Both the position numbers and the translations under genes were made by a program. Source: Octopus sinensis (Eukaryota). Taken from it: a stretch of DNA of 64,000 nt. This document shows positions 12,024-24,774 of the stretch, one piece after another. The notes beneath the pieces were generated by a model. It made no database searches and was not told where the DNA came from. It saw only the letters and a program-made list of their open reading frames with translations. How positions within the stretch are numbered: the stretch's first letter is position 1; each line of letters starts with the position of its first letter. The DNA is taken from contig NC_043013.1 of assembly GCF_006345805.1 (NCBI RefSeq), positions 15,562,001-15,626,000 of the forward strand, given 5' to 3'.

Positions 12024-12196
12024 CGTACTTGCTTAAGATTACCGTCCCATTATTTGCGCCATCTTGGAACTGTCCGTCCCATTTCCATCTCGCTTTCTGG
12101 TGTATTATAAACGGCGTTCCAGTCAGATCAATACTGAATACGCCATGGGGTCGACATCGCGGTAAGGGACTGAACATGCCACCAGCTGTTCCGTAA
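12024..12196 (-). CDS. GON/WSC/EGF protein exon 4 (GON domain)
   Basis: TTCTTTTTTATTAG acceptor, GTAAGT donor; (S)YGTAGGMFSPLPRCRPHGVFSIDLTGTPFIIHQKARWKWDGQFQDGANNGTVILSKY has GON yGtAG....C.P.G.FSIDL.GT...W..G; phase 2/1. Confidence 0.9.
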
Positions 12197-12219
12197 CTAA
12201 TAAAAAAGAAAACAATAGC

Positions 12220-12250
<31 letters not shown>

Positions 12251-12260
12251 TTATAGAAGG

Positions 12261-12311
12261 AGCTTCTACAGGACTAGAACTGTTTCATTCAAAAGAAATC
12301 ATCAGGAAGCT
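12261..12311 (-). ncRNA. Type I hammerhead ribozyme motif
   Basis: Minus strand: AGCTTC CTGATGA T TTC-TTTT-GAA T GAAA CAG-TTCTAGTC-CTG TA GAAGCT; 6-bp stem I, 3-bp stem III, weak stem II with a U.U first pair. Confidence 0.68.
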
Positions 12312-12500
12312 AGGTGACAAGAATAGTTTTGGCATTTATACATTTAGGCAGGTTTAAAGGGGTGGTGGTGGGGGACTTTTTGGGGTAGGCATGGCGCAAA
12401 CTATCATTCTTAGAAGCTCCTTCTATGAAATAAATTAATTTACTCTGCTATGTATTGAGTACCTTATTTACTGTGGTTAACCCCGACTCAACCCGGGACC

Positions 12501-12601
<101 letters not shown>

Positions 12602-12813
12602 TATATATACATACATACATATATATATATATATACATACATACATATATATATATACATGTATATATGTGTATATATATTTATAATGATGTATATGCAT
12701 ATATTTATATATGTATGTACATATACATATATATTATGTATGTATATGCATATATGTATACATATAGGTGTGTACATACGTACACATATATGTACATACA
12801 TACATATATATAT

Positions 12814-12859
<46 letters not shown>

Positions 12860-13839
12860 ATATTTACACACACACACAGACACATACACCGACACCGACA
12901 CACACACACACACGCACGCACGCACACACGCACACACACACACACACACACACCACACACACACACACATATACACACACATTAGGTTGTTCCGAAAATA
13001 AGTGTTGCGTTTTGAAACGCAATCTTTTCTTAGTATTTTAATTATATTTTAAGCGAATTTCGACATACTTAATAACTGATGTATGCTCTTTAATAATTTT
13101 CTACTTATTTCAGACAGAAAACATTCTTGAAGCATAGGTTCCGTTAATTATGAACATGACAAAATAGGACCTTCGCTTACTTTTCTTGCATGAGTTCATA
13201 GCGCTTTTGTTATTTTGTTAGAAAGCAGCTCCTTTCCTACATTCAGAATTCAAATTATGAACTGAGGTCGACGTGAAACAATCGACTAAACCTCTACCCT
13301 ACATATATGGTCATTACGACAATGTTTTTAAAGAATTATATATCGTTGTGGTGTAGCAGAAACATCGAGTAGCAGAATTAGCAAAACGCTGATTACTGAG
13401 TGAGCATTGAGTCAAAAATACTCCTAACTATGCCTCTGAATGAATGAGTGGTGTTATGTCAAAGAAGATCATCGTCTTTTTGTATCGTCTGTTCGATTGC
13501 TGCAAGAGTTATCTTTGATTGACATCCATTTTAGGAGTCAAATTTTTACTGGTATCTCCCAAGTATTCCTAATGAATTTCGAACCAGATTTAATTGCTGA
13601 CTATAGAAATTCAATTAATTTTTCACTCTTACTGCTTTTGGAAGAAAAACATGAATTTCATAACTTGCTATGCTCCGCTTGAACTAGAATATGGACGATT
13701 TGTGCGGCGTAAAAAAAAAACTTAAACGCTAAGCGTTCTGGTGTAATATGTAGGCACTCAGCGATAAGGTGTAAACTTAATCCTTAATCCAATTGAACAC
13801 TACCGCCTGACTCTTGGGTAAAAAAAGGAGAAGCAAAGT

Positions 13840-14082
13840 TTCCTTCACAAGTCATGTTGGCTCATAAGGGCCGGTTTCCCGGTTTCATGGCGTATATATT
13901 CCCCAACTTGAGGGACGCCAATCCATGGCAGTATTACTCATTTTTGCCAGCTGAGTGGACTGGAATAACGTGAAATGAAGCGTTTTGTTCAAGAACACAA
14001 CACATCATCTGATCCAGTATTCGAATCTACAATCTTACGATCATGAATTCAGCATCCTAACCACTAGGCCACGCACCTCCAT
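13840..14082 (-). mobile_element. tRNA-derived SINE family D
   Basis: CAGCTGAGTGGACTGGA..ACGTGAAA core with minus-strand tRNA-like head; other copies at 56455-56705 and 46440-47340. Confidence 0.7.
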
Positions 14083-14429
14083 GACTCATGAGTACTTTTA
14101 GCTGAGTCTGTACTGTTGCAAGGATTTAGGTTTGGATTCCTGATAGAACAATTTCCACCCTTTTTCCTACCAAACTTGGAGGCTTCCCCAAAATATGGTG
14201 GACTCTGTTCTTTCGTGTCTTGCTAAGCCAGAACTTCGCCTCTCATGGTTTCAATTCACAGTTGCAGTTTTTGCACTTTTCTCTTTGAAAATATTTTTGA
14301 GAAAAACATCACATTATTACTCTTTATACATCCATCATGAAAACACTGACTTTCAATACATGTCTTATCAAAAGCTTCCCCACCATTCCACGAAGCATTT
14401 ACTGAGGCTTTAATTAAACATAGCGATAC

Positions 14430-14583
14430 CTGATATTGTTAGGTCCATATGTGTGAGCAAAAGTGAAGTCATTTCTCATTATGCTGTTAGCAGCAACGTC
14501 GAAAGCGACTTTGGTGAATTCAGTTCGTCCACGTTTTGAGTAAAGCTGGCGTGGATTATTTTGGTAACATTCATACGGGAGAC
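14430..14583 (-). CDS. GON/WSC/EGF protein exon 3 (GON domain)
   Basis: TTTCTATTTCAG acceptor, GTATCG donor; (S)LPYECYQNNPRQLYSKRGRTEFTKVAFDVAANSIMRNDFTFAHTYGPNNI matches GON G.T.F.KV..D.....DFTFA; phase 1/2. Confidence 0.88.
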
Positions 14584-14809
14584 CTGAAATAGAAACAAGC
14601 AAAACGGTTTCTTAATCGCATCCTCTAAATAACACAAACTATTAGCAATAACATAACATTATGTCGAATATAACGGCTTTGCCAACTGAGCAGCACAATA
14701 AAGATATTTTTGTTGTTATTTAGCTCCACGTCAACCCTGATTAAGCAAACTGATGATGAAAGGCATTCCAGAAATGACTTTCTTCCTTTTTTTTGAGAAC
14801 GTGATATCC

Positions 14810-17040
14810 AGTGTTTCTAGCTGTTGTTTCTAACAGGCAAAGTAACCACTCTGAAGCTCTCTTATCGGTTTATGGTCTTTATAGTGGGTGGGTGCTGATA
14901 TTATTTGAAAATTTTCGAGCTTCTTTTTGGAGAACTCTTAGAAAAGTTGTAGTTAAGATCAAAAACAATAATATAAACTGTTTTTGCGATTTCAAATTTG
15001 TACATTCCCGTTGAAGTTTGAAACCTCACCAGAATAGGGGTAAAAACTAATTTAATCAATTTAAAACTCTACGTAAATATATAATATTTTAACTTAGCAT
15101 GTTTTTTTTTAATACATTGAATCCCAAAATAGTATTAACTTCGCAATTTGACTTTCCAATATGGCGGAACTCCAAGATGGCGGCCAGAGTACACGATTTT
15201 TAAATGAAATCAGTAGCTGTTACCAAAAATGTCATGTGATATGTCTTTATATATGTTTTTGAGGTCATAGAACACGATTTTGATGTGGAATAAACAATTT
15301 AATAAATAATTAAGTAATTAAATTTTACAGAAGAAAAACATTTTTCGAGTTCCGTAATTTATAAGATACAATAATACATTTATAACCATTATGACTTCAG
15401 AACCTCACACCAAGTCTTCCAAGGCATGATTAAAAGCAATAAGGCTTACATCAGTCTTGCAACTCACATTAATTCAAATAAATCTTCAAATTTATTGCAC
15501 ATCGTTCCATTGACAGTTTTTGATAATTTTATTTCATATGAAAAATGTCGCTGGTTTTTGGTGCAGAAAGGGCCGTGTCTCTGGCATATCTGATTTCTAA
15601 ACACAGCCTATTGACCTTTTCTTTATCCAATATATCTGTCATGAGATAGGCCTCTACCCCAGTGCTGCTAGTAAACGGTCCACTATGTTATTCTAAAATA
15701 TCCAGATCGCCTGTTCATCGTCTATCCATTGCTATATTGGGGATTTCCTTCTTCTCCAGTCCCTCCAACATTAACTGCTACTGGCGGTTATCCCATTCTT
15801 TAATGATATCAGGTACTCGCCCCCAGGTTTGGGGAGTTTGGTATATTGCCTGAATGCTCCGGACTCTCGAGTTCAATCAGATCAACTAACTTGGATTTAA
15901 CTTGGGAAGAAGATGGCAATTTGAGTTGCTTGTCACCTCGACGACTCAACTCATATTTGGTAAAGCCCACACTACGTTTTGAGCCGAGATTGTGAATGGG
16001 TGCTCTCCCTAGTTTAGCAAAGTTCATGCTTGCCCGAGCATGGGGAGACTCTTTGACGATGTTCAAAAAAAAAAAAAAAAGCGGAACTCCCTTCTGGTTC
16101 TGGAAACCATCTGCTAACTTTGGAAGAAGCCTCGACAGTACTTTTAACACCTCTGGATTCAATTCGGTTGCAACAGCTTCAACAGCACAGCATATATCTT
16201 CATCATATCTGGTTTCCTAGAATCTGCTAGAAGATACGAAACTGAGTGCAGGACTATGTACATTTGGCAATCGGTTTGGATCCACTGTGGAAAGGTCATC
16301 ATAAAGTTGTTTGAGAGCAGACACAAGTTTTGAGTAGTTTGTGCTTGTTGAAGTGATGCACGAAAGGAATGGTTTGACAAGTTGCAGTCCAATCAGCGCT
16401 CCTGTGCAATACAAAACGTTGAGAAACTCTAAACATATGAAACATCGTACGATACAAGCCAGTTGGTTAGCAACATGCTCATGTTTCGCCAAATACGATG
16501 CCACATCCTCCAGATGGTACAAAGTTATTGCACAAGTCAAAGTGAGACGGTTAAAGCATTCATTCTACAGGGCAATGGATTTATTAACCTGTGGTTAAAT
16601 GTGTTTCTCGAATTCCTTGACTTGTGATTAAAATCATGATTGATTCATCTTGTTATGCAATCAAGATCCTGTTGAGTGACACTGGTAGAGTTCTATGTTG
16701 CATTTACAAGAAAACTTGAATAAATTTTGTCTCATCCAATTGCATTCTCAATGTCACTCCACTGTTATTACTCGACTGAACGATACACATTGCAAAACAG
16801 ACGTTCAGATGCATGTTCTGTGTCGAGATTTCCCACTAGGATCTCTTCAACCCCCAGCATTGTGTAATGTTTGATATGAGATAACAAAATCAATTTTTTC
16901 CAACTGGGATATTACTTGCTGCTTCTAGTAGCGAAAGTACAACCACTTCCAAAGTCAGCCAGGTTATTTCTTGTTTCTGATGCTACAAGGAAAGTGGGAA
17001 GAGGTCTGTAACGACCATTATTAGTCAACCCTTGAACAGA
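14810..17040 (-). mobile_element. Degraded unclassified DNA-transposon-like sequence
   Basis: Unique-complexity block with broken minus-strand ORFs and CAAGATGGCGGC-type motifs; no convincing phase-compatible exons. Confidence 0.35.
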
Positions 17041-17111
17041 GAAAGATCCAGCTATCTCTTTTTCAGTTAAATCTGGTACTTATTGAATAAGTACCAGACT
17101 TAACTAAAAGA

Positions 17112-17114
17112 AAA

Positions 17115-17161
<47 letters not shown>

Positions 17162-17200
17162 ATAATAATAATAATAATAATAATGATAATAATAATAATA

Positions 17201-17237
<37 letters not shown>

Positions 17238-17376
17238 AATAATGATGATAATATAATAATATAATAATAATAATGATAATAATAATAATAATAATGATAA
17301 TGATATAATAATAATAATGATAATGATAATAATAATGATAATGATAATGATAATAATAATGATGATAATAATAATG

Positions 17377-17407
<31 letters not shown>

Positions 17408-17454
17408 TAATAATAATAATAATAATAATAATAATATTAATGATAATGATAATA

Positions 17455-17505
<51 letters not shown>

Positions 17506-17529
17506 TTAATAGTAATAATAATGATAATA

Positions 17530-17590
<61 letters not shown>
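17112..17590. repeat. (TAC)n/(TAA,TGA)n microsatellite
   Basis: Trinucleotide array lying within a SINE-like tail. Confidence 0.9.
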
Positions 17591-18067
17591 GTACTGGGGT
17601 CGATTCATTCGATTAAAATAAATTGTGCAAGGTGATGCCCCAGTATGACCGCAGTCTGATGACTGAAACAAGTAAAAGAGTAAAAGAAAGATACAAACAC
17701 AATTTCCTCCTCGACAAAAACCGCGATGCATTTACTTCCTGCCCGTTGCATGGCAAGTGACTCTTTTACGGAAAGTGACTCTTAAATGATTTACTTTATC
17801 AAGATGAAACCTCTCTCGCTGACAAATTCAATACTGTATTTGCGTGTATGTATGTGGGTTTCAAATTCTGGCACAAGGCCAGCAAGTTCAGGGGGGAGGG
17901 TAAGACAATTACATCGTTCCCATCGCTCAGCTGCTACTTATTTTATTTTAAGGAAGAAAGGTAAAGTCGACCTCGGTGTATTTCACCTCAGAACGTAAAT
18001 ATGGACGAAAAGCTGCTAAGCATTCTGCCTGAGGTGCCTGTATGACTGGCCATGACATTTAACTTCC

Positions 18068-18102
<35 letters not shown>

Positions 18103-18187
18103 ATATATCTATATATATATATATATACATATATATATACATATATATATATATACATATACATATATATATATATATATATATATC

Positions 18188-18218
<31 letters not shown>

Positions 18219-18307
18219 ACATATATATATGTAATATATACATATATATATACATATACATATACATATATATATGTATATGTATATGTATATATATATG
18301 TATATAG

Positions 18308-18338
<31 letters not shown>

Positions 18339-18339
18339 G

Positions 18340-18420
<81 letters not shown>

Positions 18421-18444
18421 CGTATATATATATATATTATATAT

Positions 18445-18510
<66 letters not shown>
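18068..18510. repeat. (TA)n microsatellite
   Basis: Direct reading; many similar TA/CA tracts across the window. Confidence 0.95.
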
Positions 18511-18512
<2 letters not shown>

Positions 18513-18756
18513 TATGTGGGGGAGTGTGTGTGTGTGTGTGTAGTGTGTAGAAGAGTGTAGACTCGGAATGTTAGATATTTCTTCCAATTTTTCCGAGCGT
18601 AAACCTAGTACACTCCGTTGTTCTTTTACCACGTCTTCGAGTTTTTTTTTGCTTGGACCATATATGTACACACAAATGTGTGTGCACGCCGCACATACAG
18701 ACATCTGTATAAACAGGTGTTAACAGTTAAGTCATGTACTAAATTTTCATACTTAC

Positions 18757-18840
18757 TAATGTAGTCGTACACAGACGCATAATTTTTAGATTTTCCCGCC
18801 GGCAAAGTCAGGTATTCTTTCGGATTGTTAGTTTTAAAAC
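18757..18840 (-). CDS. GON/WSC/EGF protein exon 2 (GON domain)
   Basis: TCTTTCTATTTCAG acceptor, GTAAGT donor; (G)FKTNNPKEYLTLPAGKSKNYASVYDYI has the GON hallmark PKEYLTL...NY; phase 1/1 fits both neighbours. Confidence 0.9.
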
Positions 18841-19058
18841 CTGAAATAGAAAGAAGAGTGGAATGATAACACGGAAACTACGTATTAAATGATACGTTTA
18901 TGGATGGGGATGAGATGCGGGTGGGGACTTTTGATTGATTCGTAGCAACATAGATATGGATTTCGTTCGTCAAAAACGTTATTCCAGTTTCGATTCCACA
19001 GCGCAGAACCTCGATTCACCTGTGGACTTGGATCCACCAAAATATTCGTAGAGTAACT

Positions 19059-20190
19059 GTATGTATGTATGTATGTATGCATGTATGTATGTGTGTATGT
19101 ATGTATGTATGTATGTATGTATGTATGTATGTATGTATGTATGTATGTATGCATGTATGTATGTATGTATGTATGTATGTGGGTATGTATGTATGTATGT
19201 GCGTATGTATGTATGTATGTATGTATGTGTGTATGTATGTATGTATGTATGCATGTATGTATGTATGTATGTGTGTGTGTGTATGTGTGTATGTATGTAT
19301 GTATGTATGTATGTATGTATGTATGTATGTATGTGTGTATGTGTGTATGTATGTGTGTATGGATGTATGTATGTATGTATACATGTGCGTATGTATGTAT
19401 GTATGTATGTATGTATGTATGCATGTATGCATGCATGTATGTATGTATGTATGTATGTATGTGTGTATGTATGTATGTATGTATTTATGTATGTATGCAT
19501 GTATGTATGTATGTATGTGTGTATGTGTGTATGTGTGTATGTATGTATGTATGTATGCATGTGCGTATGTATGTATGTATGTATGTATGTATGCATATAT
19601 GAATGTATGTATGTATGCATGTATGCATGCATGTATGTATGTATGCATGTATACATGTATGTATGTATGTAATTATGTATGTAATTATGTATGTATGTAT
19701 TTATGTATGTATGCATGTATGTATGTATGTACGTATGTGTGTGTGTATGTATGTATGTATGTATGCATGTGTGTATGTATGTATGTATGTATGTAATTAT
19801 GTATGTATGCATGTATGCATGCATGCATGCATGTATGCATGTATGTATGTATGTATGTATGTATGTATGTATGTATGTATGTATGTATGCATGTATGCAT
19901 GCATGTATGTATGTATGCATGTATACATGTATGTATGTATGTAATTATGTATGTAATTATGTATGTATGTATTTTTGTATGTATGCATGTATGTATGTAT
20001 GTACGTATGTATGTGTGTATGTATGTATGTATGTATGTATGCATGTGTGTATGTATGTATGTATGTACGTATGTAATTATGTATGTATGCATGTATGCAT
20101 GCATGCATGTTGCATGTATGTATGTATGTATGTATGTATGTATGTATGCATGTATGTATGTATGTATGTATGCATGTATGCTTGCATCAA
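19059..20190. repeat. (TATG)n tetranucleotide array
   Basis: About 1.1 kb of TATG variants with internal block duplications. Confidence 0.95.
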
Positions 20191-20479
20191 AATATGTGTG
20201 TATGTGTGTAATTAAGTGAACGTGTTTTTCTTTGAGAATTATGTAAGTTTCTCTCCATGGGGTTCAAACCGGTCGCTAACAAGCAAAATGACAAGATTTT
20301 TTGAGTTAAGACAATTCCCGGGTTTTGTAAATATGTGGTTAAGTGATGCGTGTGTGTGTGTGTGTTAATTTTTAAGTATGTGTATATATGTGTGTAGATT
20401 TGTTTATATATAAGTACATACATCTCTGCGTATATATTTATATATAAGTGTATGTATGTATGCATAGCCACTACACACA

Positions 20480-20636
20480 TTTTTTTCTCTCCTTGTTTTT
20501 TTTTTCTGTGTCTCTTTCTGTAGAAGAGCGTAGGCTCGAAACATAAAAGACTTTTTCTATTCCTGAGCGTTATACTAATACACCTGTTTGTTTTGTACAC
20601 CACCTGTCTTCGTCTTTTGTTTTTCTCGTAAACTCT

Positions 20637-20640
<4 letters not shown>
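20480..20640 (+). mobile_element. Short Penelope-like terminal-repeat element with hammerhead-like variant (CUGUAGA core)
   Basis: TCTTT CTGTAGA A GAGC-GTAG-GCTC GAAA CA TA AAAGA at 20513-20550; abuts (TA)n; second copy at 32712-32915 on the opposite strand. Confidence 0.5.
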
Positions 20641-20700
<60 letters not shown>

Positions 20701-20854
20701 CGTAAACAACGAGAGAAACAATGGAAAACAGGACAAGTAACACGGAGAATGACCCTTCATTAGTTGTCAGCTGTCTATCTACTCCTCATATATATTTATT
20801 ATATATATATACACACAAACAATATATATATATTTATATATATACACATACAGT

Positions 20855-21016
20855 GTGGGTGTGTGGTAAGTAGCTTGCCTACCAACCACGTGGTTCCGGG
20901 TTCAGTCCCACTGCGTTGCACCTTGGGCTTTGGGCAAGTGTCTTCTACTATAGCCTCGGGCTGACCAAAGCCCTGTGAGTGGATTTGGTAGACGGAAACT
21001 GAAAGAAGCGCGTCGT

Positions 21017-21067
<51 letters not shown>

Positions 21068-21240
21068 GTGTGTGTGTATATTTGTGTGTTTGTGTGTGTC
21101 CCCAACCATCGCTTGACAACCGATGGTGGTGTGTTTACGTCCCCGTTACTTAGTGCTTCGGCAAAATAGACCGATAGAATAAGTACTAGGCTTACAAAGA
21201 ATAAGACCTTGGATCGAAATGACCGAAACAAATAAAAGAA
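20855..21240 (+). mobile_element. SINE family C (tRNA head, CORE-like segment, internal microsatellite)
   Basis: GTGTGGTAAG..GGTTCAGTCCC..CCTTGGGCAAGTGTCTTCTACTATAGCC..(CA)n(TA)n..GTTTACGTCCCCG; related copies at about 3000, 3418-4530, 4580, 8230, 9850, 22110, 32190, 48440, 60345. Confidence 0.75.
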
Positions 21241-21527
21241 TGAAAGAATATATACAAACATATATATACACCCATATGTATGTAGGTTTGTATCTTTTTG
21301 ATAATCTTCTACCGCACCTTAAATGCCTTCTTCTATCACTCATTCCAGCCTATCTTATGGCTCAAAGGCAGTGGCTGATACAGACATCAGCCACTGGACT
21401 CTGAACACTTTCTATCTTTGGAGAAACAGTTTCAAAGTCCAGTAGTTCACTTAGTTTTTGCTTAATATTTCTCGTTTCTTTTCTTTTTTTGTTCTTTCTG
21501 ACCTTAAATATGACACAGCAACAACAG

Positions 21528-21890
21528 GAGGCGCAATGGCCCAATGGTTAAGGCAGCGGACTCGCGGTCGGAGGATTGCGGTTTCGATTCCCAGACCGGG
21601 CGTTGTGTGTGTTTATTGAGCGAAAACACCTATAGCTCCACGAGGCTCCGACAGGAGGAGGTGGTGGCGACCCCTTTTGTACTCTTTCGCTCCAACTTTC
21701 TCTCACTCTTTCTACCTGTTTCTTGTCCTCGACTTCCTACGCAACCGATGAGCCTGGATGCGCATTCATCCATCCGTCGATGCTCTCGGTATCGGGGGGG
21801 GGGGTTGACCTGGTTTCTCTTCTGCGGGTCTTACGAATAGCAAAGGACCGCGTTTCGTACATCTCCCACTAGAACGAAGACCGCTACGCT
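21528..21890 (+). mobile_element. SINE family B
   Basis: Same head and body as the 6831 copy. Confidence 0.8.
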
Positions 21891-22406
21891 CAACAGCAAC
21901 AACAAACACACCAACTATTACACGTTCCCCTTAGCTTGGTACTCACTCTATATTCATACCTGTAATACAAACTACATGCGCGTGTGTGTCGGTGAATGTG
22001 TGTATGTGTATATACATATATGCGTATGGATATATGAGTACGTACATATATGTATGTGAATGTACATGTATGTATGTATGTTTGTATGTTTATATGTACA
22101 CATATATGGAGGTGTGTGTTAAGAACTTTTCTTTCCAACCACATGGTTCCGGATTCAGTTTTACTACATTGGCAAGCGTCTTCTGCTATATTCTCGGACC
22201 GACCAAAGTCTTGTGAATGGATTTAGCAGGCGGAAACTAAAAGAAGCACATTATATATATATATCGTCAATGTATCATATATCTGGAAAAGAAGTTCATT
22301 CTGAAAAGCATAGAGCAGTAATGTATTTATATGTAGTTAAGCCTATGTCTGGTCATAGAGTGACCGGACATAGACTTAATAACATTATAATATATATATA
22401 TTATAT

Positions 22407-22438
<32 letters not shown>

Positions 22439-22662
22439 GATATTATACTTACATATATACACAACTTATAAACAAGGTCAAAAGAAAAAAAATTTCTAAT
22501 GCCAAATATGCCGAAAATAGACACATCGTCCATAACCATATAATTCATCACTATAAAGGTATTTTTTAATATCCTGGCCATTGATAGAATCTTTTTCGAA
22601 AAAATTTAATCCTATATTAGATATACATACGTACATACACACACACACACACATATATATAT

Positions 22663-22739
<77 letters not shown>

Positions 22740-22795
22740 ATTATATATATATTATATATATATATACACACTATACATACGTATATATATACATA

Positions 22796-22847
<52 letters not shown>

Positions 22848-22850
<3 letters not shown>

Positions 22851-23300
22851 AAGGGTGTTTCAAAAAGTTTGATATCATTTCGCAATCTAATAACTTTGCC
22901 AGTTCTTGTTCAAATGACTCCAAATTCTAACAGTATGCGTAGAAACAGGTCAAAATTTTATGTTTAACGTTTGATATGTTTATCTTTTCGGAGATAGAAA
23001 TGGCATTCACTGGAAGAGAAAAGATGTTTTGTGTGTTGGAGTGTGCTCGAACACAGTCGAACAAGACTGCAGCGTGCACTTGTGAGAGAGTCGTCTAAAA
23101 AGTCACCAACGGCAATGCAGATGTGGACATGGCATAATAAATTAAAAGCGGAAGGCTGTGTGTGCAGGGCAAAAGGATCTGGACGGCCAATAATATCGGA
23201 AGAGACGGTCGAGCGGGTTCGCTAAAAGCTCTTGCAAAGCCCCAAGAAGTCCATAAGAACAAGTCTGGAAACTCAGAGTCCTCCAACGGCAATTTGGCGC
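22848..23300 (+). mobile_element. 5' fragment of a Tc1/mariner-like element (DUF4817-type HTH N-terminus)
   Basis: TA-CAAAGGGTGTTTCAAAA end after (TA)n; MAFTGREKMFCVLE... then WHNKLKAEGCVCRAKGSGRP..SEETVERVR in another frame. Confidence 0.6.
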
Positions 23301-23499
23301 TTCCTGATAAAATGTGCTGTTGAAATGGGTACCACGTTCACCCGACCTGATACTACTGCTCTGGAGACTGTTACCCAAGACATGTAAGTTTAGGGCCCTC
23401 AGAAATTCCGGATTAGTGTCGAGCGTCCTGGAAGACCACTGGGAGTGAAGCACTCTCTCAGCTTTTGTTAAAGTATATCTCTAGGAGAGATGTACTTTA

Positions 23500-23732
23500 A
23501 GGCGGCGATCTGGCAGACACGTTAGCGTGCCGGGCGAAATGCTGACCGGTATTTCGTCTGCGGCTACGTTCTGAGTTCAAATTCCGCCGAGGTCGACTTT
23601 GCCTTTCATCCTTTCGGGGTCGATAAATAAAAGTACCAGTTTCGCACTGGGGTCGATGTAATCGACTTAATCCGTTTGTCTGTCCTTGTTTGTCCCCTCT
23701 ATGTTTAGCCCCTTGTGGGCAATAAAGAAATA
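23500..23732 (+). mobile_element. SINE family A
   Basis: Full-length match to the 7520 copy. Confidence 0.85.
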
Positions 23733-24686
23733 TATATCTCTAGGAGAAGGTCACTCTGATATAAAACGAGATATACAGGGAATGGCATTGGATATTTTGG
23801 AGATATTTTGCTTGTACTTGAGAACATGGCGCTCTCACACACGTTCTTGAGCCTGCATCCCATACTGGTCCTGGATATCTTACTCTGGCTTGTTTCTGGA
23901 TCATGTCTATAGGGTGGAGAGGGTCTTTGAGGTGTTGTAAAAAACTTATTGGACCCAAAATTTTAGGTTGCAATTGCCAGAGAGGTGACTTCCCATCTTG
24001 ATTGTTTTTCGCTCAGTTTTGACTTGAGACGCCAAGATCACGGTACACAATCAGTCCTAAAGATTCGGCCATCTAAGACATTGATTTTTGGTTCGATATC
24101 ACTTCGGCGTTATCAGAAACACGCAACACATCTGCTTGTGTGTATGTGTGTGTGTATGCGTGCATGAGTGTATGTATGTGTATGCGTGCATGAGTGTATG
24201 TATGTGTACCTACATATGTATGTATATATGTATATATGTATATGCGATATGTGTGAGCATGTGTGTGACTAAATACTTCATTATCTTTTATTTTTAATCG
24301 GCAGAGTTTTAAAAGCGATTCAAGGGTCGAGAGAGGCGCGCATGGCGCTTATCAGTTCGGTGAATGCAACACACGAAACACTCGACATCTGAATCCATTT
24401 AATTTTGAAACTTTTCATTGATTATAAACACAGCATAAACTGATGTATTACACGTATGTTGTATATTTATACTATCATACATACATACATACATACATAC
24501 ATACATACATACATACATACTACATACATGCATTCATATATATATACATATATAGGCATATATATATATATAGAAGTAGTTATATGCATCATATAATATA
24601 TATATAGATATATATAATATATTATATATATATATATATATATATTTAGGTATATATATGTATGTATATATTATGTATATTGTGTG

Positions 24687-24717
<31 letters not shown>

Positions 24718-24774
24718 GTGTGTGTGTGTGTGTGTATATATGTATTATGTATTATATATATATTCATTTATTCT

